This document shows positions 16,041 to 23,702 of a stretch of 64,000 bases of DNA, in pieces. The stretch lies in NCBI GenBank assembly GCA_041483195.1, contig JBGPFC010000019.1:2853-66852 (forward strand), given 5' to 3'. The number at the start of each line of letters is the position of its first letter. The stretch's first letter is position 1. This DNA comes from Candidatus Eiseniibacteriota bacterium. GTDB lineage: Bacteria; Eisenbacteria; RBG-16-71-46. The notes beneath the pieces were generated by a model. It did not search any database and was not told where the DNA came from. It was given only the letters and a program-made list of their open reading frames with translations. Position numbers and translations under genes: made by a program.

Positions 16041-18551
16041 TTCGGCGTATCTACTACGTTTCCTCTTCGCGCGCTCGACCACCCCGCTCATGGCGCTGCG
16101 ACACGTACTTGCGTGAGAATACATCGAGTCGCTTGCCCAGCGCGTCATCGGTGTAATCATACCTGTCGACGTTTCGCTGTTTCCGCAGGCACCGCACAAG
16201 AAAGCTCACCGGCAAGACAAGAATCATCTTCGTATGCTCCACCCACGTAGTTCGCACCCAGCCTCGATCAGATTCATCGAGCCCCTCGAGCTCGCTGCGC
16301 GTAATAAGCACACCGAATCTGCCGTACGCGCCGGTTAGGTAACTCGCAATCTGCCTAAAGTCGGCCGGCTCCAGCTTCTGAAAGTTCTTCACCTCGAACA
16401 CAACCTGCCGAGAACCATAGTCCTCAAATACTCGCCGCCAGAATCCCCTCTCCGCTGAGTTTGTTGCCACAATGTCGCGTCTTTGGGTGGCATCTGCGTT
16501 CGGCTTCAGCTCCGGATTCGCCAAGGAGCCAGCGAAGAGGATTCTGATAGCTCTGAATACCCACGCCTCAAAATCGGTGCTTCCCGCTTGCCCGAGGGGG
16601 AGCTTTGGAACCTGGGCCACCAACTGCCCCAATTGTCTAGTCCGAAGGTCTTTCAGCTCCGACACCGGCGCGGCGTTTTCGTCATCGTGCACATCGGTGA
16701 GAATTCCAGGAGCTGGTTCGTTCGCGAGAACATCAAGTGCCAGCCAGTAGCATGGATGAATGGCAGTCCTTCTTTCGGCATCGCGCGTATCCAAGGCCGA
16801 AGGAGCTCCGTCATGGCAAAAGCTAAATCTGCCGGCCGCGACATCCTCGAGTCCTATGAAACCAATCCCGTGAAGCGCCGACAAGAGATCATGCCCGCCT
16901 CCGAAGATCGCAAAGTCGCTCGCCCCCCTCTGGCTGTAGTCATCATTGCGTGCGACCGCATCCAAGTAATCCGTTCGTTGCGCAACCGTTGCAAACGCTT
17001 GCGCGCCATGGAACGAGCGGAGAACAAGCTCTATCCCGGGAAAGACGGCGTCGTACTCCTTGATGAGATCGCTTAGGCGATCCCGAGATATCTGGGTCGC
17101 GGTCGCCTCGACATCCGCTTCTACCAGCGCGGTCCGCCCGGATCTCGCCGCAGCGACAAACGCTTGATTGAGGAGAACCAAGACGTCACGCGGTCGGAGA
17201 AGGGTCTGCTGAAGGCACCTCGCAAATCCTTCACGATCTTGGAGCCCGCGTTGGGCGAATCGATTCCAGACTTTGATGTCGTTTTGGGTCGACTCTAAGC
17301 GAAGCGCGACACGAAGCCGATTCGCCACAAGATGTAGGAGGCTGCCCTCGTCCCATCTGAGGCGAAGGGTGTTGCCCTCTATGTGGCGGGAGTAGTCCAT
17401 GTCTAGGTGAGCAAGCGCGCGGAATATATTGTCCCGCATGAAGAGAATGCCGTGGATTTCGCTCTTTCGGTCCACGAAGTCCGCCATCGCCAATGCAAGG
17501 CCTCCCAAGATCGCTGTTGATTGTTGGTCGGGAGCCCAGCCCTCATCGAGCCCGTCGAACAAGAACAATGCCGGCTTGCCGGAGTCGCGGAGCACCTCAT
17601 CCACCGACTCCTGGACGTCGCCGAGGCGAAGGTTGCTGGCTACGAGGCCCGGCACTTCATGGACGTCACTTCCCTGCGCGCGGGCGCGGCCCAGGATTTC
17701 CACGCAACGCCCTATGCCGCCGAGTTTCAGAAGGGATCGGTGCTCGTTGGCATAGCCCCTCAGGAACGCTGCGCTGCTGCTCCTGTCCAATTTCCAATAC
17801 TTCAGGACACCTTCCAACACTTTGAAGAGCAGGTGCGCACGCCACGTCACGCGCATCATGGCTCGAGTGCTCTTGTAATTCCCTTCAAAGCGTCGGATCG
17901 TGCTCTGAAGCGAGAGCATTTCGTTTTCTTCTGGGTGTGAGTCGAACAGGAACCGATCGTCTCTCCGCTGAAAATGCTCGGTGATCTTCATGTACAGAGC
18001 CGTCTTGCCGGAACCGCGGCGGCCCACCACAAAATTGAAGTCGGGTGTCCCGGTCAGGGCACGAAAATCCGGCGTCTCGACAAATGCCTGGGACAGCATC
18101 ATGCCGTCGGCCTCGGCTCTACTCGCGCCGAGGATGTTTCCGAAAAGCCCCGCGACGTTGTCTGCTCTGCGCGGTAGAGTATCGGGCGTGTCCACGGATC
18201 TGAAGCTAGCACACGAAGGTGCGCGCGCGGAGACCCTATGGCTATGCCGCCTATACAGCCGCCGCCCTGCCGCATCGGCAGGGCGACAGTTCAGGCGTGA
18301 TGACTGCAGCCAGGATGGGGGGGGCAAGACTTCGAAACGCGTCTTTGCGTTGGCGGCCATCACTCGGGTAGGAGCGCCCTGCAGCGTGGCGACGCCCCGT
18401 GGAAGGCACCCGCCCAGATTGACCGGTCCGTTACCTGTACCCGAAGATCGGATGATAGCGGGCTTCCACCCGGGGGCGATCGGATCGAGTTCTTCGACCG
18501 CGTCGACACCTGCGCCGAGAATATCCTGAGAGAGATGGCGAGGTTCACACG
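16041..18551. other. low-GC (~55% vs ~70% flanks) genomic islet carrying one gene
   Basis: Hand counts on several 60-nt lines inside the region give about 55% GC. Composition changes abruptly right after the stop of the 18-heme gene (16040) and recovers before the LysE gene (18552). No integrase, tRNA or direct repeats were seen. Confidence 0.6.
16054..18102 (-). CDS. P-loop (STAND/ORC-like AAA+) ATPase fused to a C-terminal Mrr-like PD-(D/E)xK nuclease domain; candidate stand-alone defence protein
   Basis: Walker A is VVGRRGSGKTALY and Walker B is ALFLFDGLDEGW, followed by the sensor-like strand ILFMRDN and LLRPRDVLVLLNQA. The C-terminus DFEAWVFRAIRILF...RRDIVATN...QVVFEVKNFQ...RFGVLITRS fits a D...ExK restriction-endonuclease core. 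The ORF is open up to 18363 (GTG), but the Arg-rich upstream part looks non-coding, and the ATG at 18102 has GAGG 11 nt upstream. Confidence 0.7.
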   Translation of the reverse strand: MMLSQAFVETPDFRALTGTPDFNFVVGRRGSGKTALYMKITEHFQRRDDRFLFDSHPEENEMLSLQSTIRRFEGNYKSTRAMMRVTWRAHLLFKVLEGVLKYWKLDRSSSAAFLRGYANEHRSLLKLGGIGRCVEILGRARAQGSDVHEVPGLVASNLRLGDVQESVDEVLRDSGKPALFLFDGLDEGWAPDQQSTAILGGLALAMADFVDRKSEIHGILFMRDNIFRALAHLDMDYSRHIEGNTLRLRWDEGSLLHLVANRLRVALRLESTQNDIKVWNRFAQRGLQDREGFARCLQQTLLRPRDVLVLLNQAFVAAARSGRTALVEADVEATATQISRDRLSDLIKEYDAVFPGIELVLRSFHGAQAFATVAQRTDYLDAVARNDDYSQRGASDFAIFGGGHDLLSALHGIGFIGLEDVAAGRFSFCHDGAPSALDTRDAERRTAIHPCYWLALDVLANEPAPGILTDVHDDENAAPVSELKDLRTRQLGQLVAQVPKLPLGQAGSTDFEAWVFRAIRILFAGSLANPELKPNADATQRRDIVATNSAERGFWRRVFEDYGSRQVVFEVKNFQKLEPADFRQIASYLTGAYGRFGVLITRSELEGLDESDRGWVRTTWVEHTKMILVLPVSFLVRCLRKQRNVDRYDYTDDALGKRLDVFSRKYVSQRHERGGRAREEET

Positions 18552-19184
18552 GTGACCCATTTCAGCGCATATCTCGCGATCGCCGTCCTCGTCATCGTGA
18601 CGCCGGGGCAGGACACCGCCCTGGTGATTCGAAACACGTTGGTCGGCGGGCGGAGGGCCGGCGTGTGGACGACCATCGGCGTCGTCGCCGGGCAGGCCAC
18701 GTGGGCGCTCGCGACCAGCGCGGGCGTTGCGGCGCTGCTGCTCGCCTCGGAGCCCCTGTTCGCCGCCCTCAGGCTCGCGGGCGCGGCGTATCTCGTGGTG
18801 CTGGGCGCGCAGGCCCTCTACGGCGCGTGGGTCCACGGTCGCGCGCGGGGCGACGCGATCGACGGGCGCTCGCAACGAGGCATCACGCCGCGCGTCGCGT
18901 TGCGGCAGGGGCTCATCAGCAATCTCGGCAACCCGAAGGTCGCGGTCTTCTTCACGAGCCTGCTGCCGCAGTTCGCGCCACCTCACCGAGCTTCGTTTTC
19001 CGCGCTGCTCTTTCTCGGCCTCGTGTTCTGCTCGGTGACGCTGGTCTGGCTGACCGGTTACTCTTTCGCCGTCGAGCGGTTCGGCGACGTGCTGCGCCGC
19101 GCGAGGATTCGCCGCGCGACGGAGGGATTGCTCGGCGCCGTGCTCGTCGCGCTCGGAGTGCGTCTCGCGCTGGAGAGGCGCTGA
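18552..19184 (+). CDS. LysE/RhtB-family amino-acid exporter
   Basis: MTHFSAYLAIAVLVIVTPGQDTALVI..., about six TM segments, 210 aa; typical of LysE translocators. Confidence 0.8.
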   Translation: MTHFSAYLAIAVLVIVTPGQDTALVIRNTLVGGRRAGVWTTIGVVAGQATWALATSAGVAALLLASEPLFAALRLAGAAYLVVLGAQALYGAWVHGRARGDAIDGRSQRGITPRVALRQGLISNLGNPKVAVFFTSLLPQFAPPHRASFSALLFLGLVFCSVTLVWLTGYSFAVERFGDVLRRARIRRATEGLLGAVLVALGVRLALERR

Positions 19185-19188
19185 GGTC

Positions 19189-19608
19189 ATGAGCGACTCG
19201 GTCCATCGCGTGACGACGAAAGCCGCGCATTTCATCCTCTACGTCTCGAGCCAATCGGTCAGCACCGACTTCTACGCGAAGGTCCTCGGCCGTCCGCCGC
19301 GGCTGAACGTTCCGGGGATGACGGAGTTCGAGCTGACCTCGGGCTCGGTGCTCGGCCTCATGCCATGCGAAGGAATCCGCCGCCTGCTGGGCGGAGCGAT
19401 CCCGGATCCGGAGGGCGCGGCGGGGATCCCGAGGTCGGAGGTCTACCTCGTGGTGGACGACGCATCGGCTCTCCACCGCCGCGCCCTGGCCGCGGGCGCC
19501 CGTGAGTTGAGCGGCGTCCAGAGACGGGACTGGGGCCACGACGCGGGATACACCCTCGATCCTGACGGTCACGTGCTCGCCTTCGCGAACGTGACGAAGC
19601 GGGCGTGA
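19189..19608 (+). CDS. VOC/glyoxalase-bleomycin-resistance family protein
   Basis: 139 aa. HFILYVSSQSVSTDFYAKVLG...YLVVDDASALHRRALAAGA...DPDGHVLAF resembles paired beta-alpha-beta-beta-beta modules. Confidence 0.65.
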   Translation: MSDSVHRVTTKAAHFILYVSSQSVSTDFYAKVLGRPPRLNVPGMTEFELTSGSVLGLMPCEGIRRLLGGAIPDPEGAAGIPRSEVYLVVDDASALHRRALAAGARELSGVQRRDWGHDAGYTLDPDGHVLAFANVTKRA

Positions 19609-19661
19609 AGGCCGGTCGTAGCGGACGGGGCTGAGCGCGGCCCCGGTTCAACCCCGATCCC

Positions 19662-22508
19662 CTAGCGGTACCCGAACACCGCGGCGTAGAGGATCAGCAG
19701 GATCAGCAGGATCCCGAGCGTGAGCGCGGCCGCTCCGAACACCTTCCACAGCAGCAGCGTGCGCGGATCGGGCGGCTCGACCATCCGCTCCTGCAGCTCG
19801 CCGCTCGCCATCATCTCCTCGTACTCGCGCGGGCGATCCTTCTTGTACTCCTCGAGCGGCACGATGCCGGTGAAGATCACGGTGTCCATCGGGAACTTCT
19901 CGGGGCGGAAGTGGGTGTTGAAGAAGTGCACGGTGAAGATGAATCCCACCGCCAGCAGCGCCTCGTCGCTGTGCACGATGGTCGCGACGTTCAGCAGCCA
20001 GCCCGGCAGCAGCCGCGTGAAGAACGTGGGGAACCAGAGCATGAGCCCGGTGGCGCCGATGATGGCGACGCCCCAGAAGACCGCGAAGTAGTCGAACTTC
20101 TCCCAGTAGGTCCAGCGGCCGTAGGCGGGGCGGGACCCGCGCCCGGCGAACCACTTGACGGACTGGATGAATTCCTTGAGATCGGTGAGCCCGGGGAGCA
20201 TCCCGTTCGGCCCGGCGATGAACGCCAGCCACGACCGCCCGCTCGCGCGCTTGCGCCTCGCCATGTCCCACAGGTGAATGCCGAAGTAGCTGAACGTGAT
20301 CACCGCGCACACGCGATGAATGAAGCCCGCCGCCTCGAAGCCTCCGAGCACGCGCGACAGCGCCCACGCCCAGCCTGTGTACGAGAACTTGAGCGTCATG
20401 CCGGTGATCGCGAGCCCGAGAAAGCTCACCATCACCATGACGTGGAGGTTGCGGTAGAGCTTGGGAAACCGCCGCAGGTACACGCCGGACGCGCCGACGT
20501 GCTCGCGCTTGAGCTCGGCGCGGTAGCGCAGCGAGCGCGGCAGCCATGCGAAGGTGTGCAGGCCGGCGAACGCGAAGGTGCCGATCAGGAGCCCGGTCAT
20601 TCCCCAGAAGGTCCAGAACAGCGCGGGGTATTTCTTCGGATCGTGGTGCGTCGCGTGCGTGAGGTAGCCCGCGAACCGCCGGTTCGATCCGGGATGGCAC
20701 TGCCCGCAGGTCTTCACGATGTTCTGCCGCGAGAGGTGCGATTTCGGATTGAAGATCGCCTGGATGTCGTGTGCGCCATGGCAGTCGTAGCACTTCGCGG
20801 TCTTGAGATAGCCCAGCTTCGACACCTTGCCGTGGTAGGTCTCGAAGTAGCTCTCGGCGAGCGCGCGATGGCAGCGCCCGCACTGGGTCATGATGTTGAG
20901 CCGGAAGTTCTCCTTGTCGGTCCGCCCGATCTGGTGCGCGCTGTGGCAGTCGGAGCAGGTCGGCAGCGGCTGCTTCGTGTGCGAAACGTTCGGCGAGTGG
21001 ATGCTGGAGCTGAACAGTTCGTAGATGCCGCGATGGCACCGGGCGCAGGTGGTCGCGATGTTCGCGGGGTTCACGCTGGACTGCGGATTCTCGTGCGGCA
21101 GCTCGCCGTGCGAGGTGTGGCAATCCACGCAGGTCGCGGTGACGACCAGCCCGCTCTCGAGCAGGCCCTTGCCGTGAATGCTCTCGACGTAGCTCTCGAC
21201 GATCAGGCGTTCCGTGCCGCGGTAGCGCACGGCGGCCTTGTTCCCGGTGCGGTGGCAGCGGCCGCACAGCTCTGGAACGTTCTTCGCGTAGGTCGGCGAG
21301 TCGGACTCGAGGTGGCCCTGCATCCCGTGCGTGCCGTGGCAGTCGGCGCACATCGGTGCATCCGGGCTCTCCTTCGCCGCCAGCTGGCCGTGGGTGCTCG
21401 AGCGATAGGTGTTCACCACCTCGGCGTGGCAGATCGAACAGTCCACCTTGCCGGTGATGGTGCGGCACGGCCGCAGCTCGGAGGGATTGCCGCCGGTGTG
21501 ACACTGCGCGCACGCGACGCGGGCGTGCCGCGAGTGGGCGAGCGAGTCGGCGTTCACGGTCATCGACGCCCCGCTCGCCGCGCGCAGGTCGCGCTTCGCG
21601 TGGCAGGACAGGCAGTCCTTGTCGGCCATGCCCTGGGTGTAGAACACCCGCCGCGCCTTGTGCGGCGAGTGGCAGTCCACGCAAGCCGGGATCAGGTTGG
21701 GCTGCTTCTCCCACAGCTCGCCGCGAACCACCTTGCGGTGCACGACCTCGATGCGCACGTGGCACTGCGTGCAAGTCTTCGCGACGTTGCGGTGCGCGAT
21801 CGAGGAGCGCGGGTCGGTGTGCGGGAGCACGAAGTGCGCGGTGTGGCAGCTGGTGCACACCGCGGTGGTGAGCAGGCCCTTCTTGTAGAGACCCTCGCCG
21901 TGGATCGACTCGGAGTAGTTGGCGAGGATGCTGTCCTGCGGGATGTGATACGTGATCTGGACCGGCGAACCCTCGTGATGGCAACGGCCGCAAAGCATCG
22001 GCACGTTGAACTTGTTCACCGGGGAAGCGAGATCGGAAGGCCTCAGCACGTCGTGCGTGCCATGGCACGCCTTGCAGCTCGGCGCGAGCTTCTCGCCGCG
22101 CTGTGCCGCGAGGCCGTGAATGCTCTCGTGGTACTGGATCTGCTCGGCCCCGTGACACTGGCCGCAATCGACCGGCTTCGGCTTCGGGTGCGGGAAGTCC
22201 TGGTTCGCTAGATCGGCGTGGCAGGCGGCGCACTCGATCCCGGCATGCGGCGAGGCGCGCAGCGCGGCAGCGTCGTAGTTCGGAGGCTCGTCCGGCCCGC
22301 GATGCGCGGCCGGCACGCCGCCCTGGTGGCACATCGCGCACGGTTCGGAGCCCGGGAGCTGCGCGGCGGCTGGCGCGTTCTTCTGCGCGGCGCCCGCCGC
22401 GGGGAGGGTCGCGGCGCCCTGCGCGTGTGCGCTCGCGGGCGCGCTCACGCGCGACCCCATCACCACGAACGCGAGCAGGGCCATGACGAGCGTCGCCCGC
22501 TGCGACAT
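19662..22508 (-). CDS. CbcL-like fusion: 19-heme periplasmic c-type cytochrome domain plus C-terminal HydC/FdnI-type membrane cytochrome b domain
   Basis: Signal peptide MSQRATLVMALLAFVVMG (ATG at 22508; the ORF is open to 22544). Nineteen CxxCH motifs counted. The C-terminal ~330 aa contain 5-6 TM helices with conserved His (GLHTFAW, NLHVMVM, FIHRVCAV, IVHSDEALLAVGFIFTVHFFNTHF). Confidence 0.8.
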   Translation of the reverse strand: MSQRATLVMALLAFVVMGSRVSAPASAHAQGAATLPAAGAAQKNAPAAAQLPGSEPCAMCHQGGVPAAHRGPDEPPNYDAAALRASPHAGIECAACHADLANQDFPHPKPKPVDCGQCHGAEQIQYHESIHGLAAQRGEKLAPSCKACHGTHDVLRPSDLASPVNKFNVPMLCGRCHHEGSPVQITYHIPQDSILANYSESIHGEGLYKKGLLTTAVCTSCHTAHFVLPHTDPRSSIAHRNVAKTCTQCHVRIEVVHRKVVRGELWEKQPNLIPACVDCHSPHKARRVFYTQGMADKDCLSCHAKRDLRAASGASMTVNADSLAHSRHARVACAQCHTGGNPSELRPCRTITGKVDCSICHAEVVNTYRSSTHGQLAAKESPDAPMCADCHGTHGMQGHLESDSPTYAKNVPELCGRCHRTGNKAAVRYRGTERLIVESYVESIHGKGLLESGLVVTATCVDCHTSHGELPHENPQSSVNPANIATTCARCHRGIYELFSSSIHSPNVSHTKQPLPTCSDCHSAHQIGRTDKENFRLNIMTQCGRCHRALAESYFETYHGKVSKLGYLKTAKCYDCHGAHDIQAIFNPKSHLSRQNIVKTCGQCHPGSNRRFAGYLTHATHHDPKKYPALFWTFWGMTGLLIGTFAFAGLHTFAWLPRSLRYRAELKREHVGASGVYLRRFPKLYRNLHVMVMVSFLGLAITGMTLKFSYTGWAWALSRVLGGFEAAGFIHRVCAVITFSYFGIHLWDMARRKRASGRSWLAFIAGPNGMLPGLTDLKEFIQSVKWFAGRGSRPAYGRWTYWEKFDYFAVFWGVAIIGATGLMLWFPTFFTRLLPGWLLNVATIVHSDEALLAVGFIFTVHFFNTHFRPEKFPMDTVIFTGIVPLEEYKKDRPREYEEMMASGELQERMVEPPDPRTLLLWKVFGAAALTLGILLILLILYAAVFGYR

Positions 22509-22654
22509 GCTCGTCACGACCCCGCCGATGCCATCGCGCGCCACAGCCCACCCGCTCTCGCGCGGCGTGGCCTGTTCCGCGCACTCCGACCCGCGGCGCC
22601 GCGGCCCGCGGGCGATGAGCGGGGCCGCGCGGCGCGCGGTCCCGCGTTATGTCC

Positions 22655-23332
22655 CTACTTGGTCGGCGCCGCCACCGCCACGACGTGCGTGCCCTTGGCC
22701 TTGTACTCGTCGAACTTGAAGTTCGGGCTCGTAACCGGCGTATGGCACTGCATGCACATGTTCGCGGTCGGATGACCGTAGATGAACTTCTTCTTGTCCG
22801 CCGCAGCCGCCGGCACGTGCAGGCTTCCCGGTCCGTGGCACCCTTCGCAGGTCATGTTGCTCACGCCCGCGTTCTTGGTGCTGTCCGCCGCCGGATATCC
22901 GCCCGCCAGGTGAAACGCGGTCACGTGGCACGTGACGCAGGCTTCGTTGTCCGCGGGATTGCCCTTCAGCTCGACCTTGAGCTTCGCGGCCATCTCGGCG
23001 ACCGCCTTGGGATCGGCCTTGCGAAGATTCTCGAGCGCGTGCGCGTGATTGGTCTCCGAAAACGCCTTGTACTGTTTGAAGTGGCACATCTTGCACTTGT
23101 TGACGCCCAGGTACTCGGCAGCCTTCGCATCGCTCGCGGCCGGCGCCTTCTGGTCCGTCTTGTACGTCTTGCCCGCTGCGCTGAGATCCGCACCGCCCGC
23201 GGGGTTCACGTGACAGGTCGCGCACGCCGCCTTGGTCTGGCGCGCAAATTCGGGGAACGCCCACGCATGGACCGCCAGCATCGCGACCAGGCCCGCCGCG
23301 AGCAGACCGACCACCACACTCCGTACTCGCAT
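22655..23332 (-). CDS. periplasmic pentaheme c-type cytochrome
   Basis: Signal peptide MRVRSVVVGLLAAGLVAMLAVHAWA. Five CxxCH motifs (CATCH, CKMCH, CVTCH, CEGCH, CMQCH). First gene of the minus-strand unit that continues into 19662-22508. Confidence 0.8.
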   Translation of the reverse strand: MRVRSVVVGLLAAGLVAMLAVHAWAFPEFARQTKAACATCHVNPAGGADLSAAGKTYKTDQKAPAASDAKAAEYLGVNKCKMCHFKQYKAFSETNHAHALENLRKADPKAVAEMAAKLKVELKGNPADNEACVTCHVTAFHLAGGYPAADSTKNAGVSNMTCEGCHGPGSLHVPAAAADKKKFIYGHPTANMCMQCHTPVTSPNFKFDEYKAKGTHVVAVAAPTK

Positions 23333-23416
23333 CGCTCAGCCTCCTTCGACCGTACGCTCTCGACCTCTCGAACCGGGCCATTCAGGGAGACCCGGTGCAT
23401 CACACCGGTACTAGTA

Positions 23417-23661
23417 GGCAAGGACCGGACCTCCGTAGTTTTCCGTAGGGTCCCTGCGGATATCCGAAACTTACGCGACTTCCGGCGCGACGCACAAGCC
23501 GGGAGGCGCCTCGTGACCGAGGCGAGTCTGCCACTATTGTCACGGCCTGCCAGAATGTCGGCCCGCGGCCCCGCCGGGAGCGGCGTTCGGGAGGGGCCGC
23601 CCTTGCGAATCAACCGTCTGCGCCGGGCCCGCGGTTGCCCTGCTATGGTCCGGTCCTTGCC
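23417..23661. repeat. perfect 15-bp inverted repeat pair (GGCAAGGACCGGACC at 23417-23431; GGTCCGGTCCTTGCC at 23647-23661) bracketing 215 bp of the divergent intergenic region
   Basis: Read directly; the two 15-mers are exact reverse complements. Confidence 0.8.
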
Positions 23662-23702
23662 GTTGGTTGGAGCACAGCAGCGCTGGTGCGAGGGCATCCT
23701 GC

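Noticed and set aside
14295-16199. 634-aa minus-strand ORF and the 14420-16156 plus-strand alternative-frame ORF across the 18-heme gene
   Set aside because: Same reasoning. The 14232-16040 frame contains 18 CxxCH motifs and a NapC-type N-terminus; the other frames have no features.
18103-18363. N-terminal 87-codon extension of the ATPase-nuclease ORF
   Set aside because: The extension is Arg/Ser/Pro-rich, has higher GC than the rest of the gene, and has no RBS at the GTG at 18363. The ATG at 18102 places Walker A about 30 aa from the N-terminus and has GAGG upstream. The extension is kept only as an alternative start.
19648-22584. 978-aa minus-strand ORF in a different frame from the 19-heme gene, and the 19911-22211 plus-strand ORF
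   Set aside because: Both are Arg-rich, with no CxxCH and no TM pattern. They compete with a frame that has 19 heme motifs and a cytochrome b domain.
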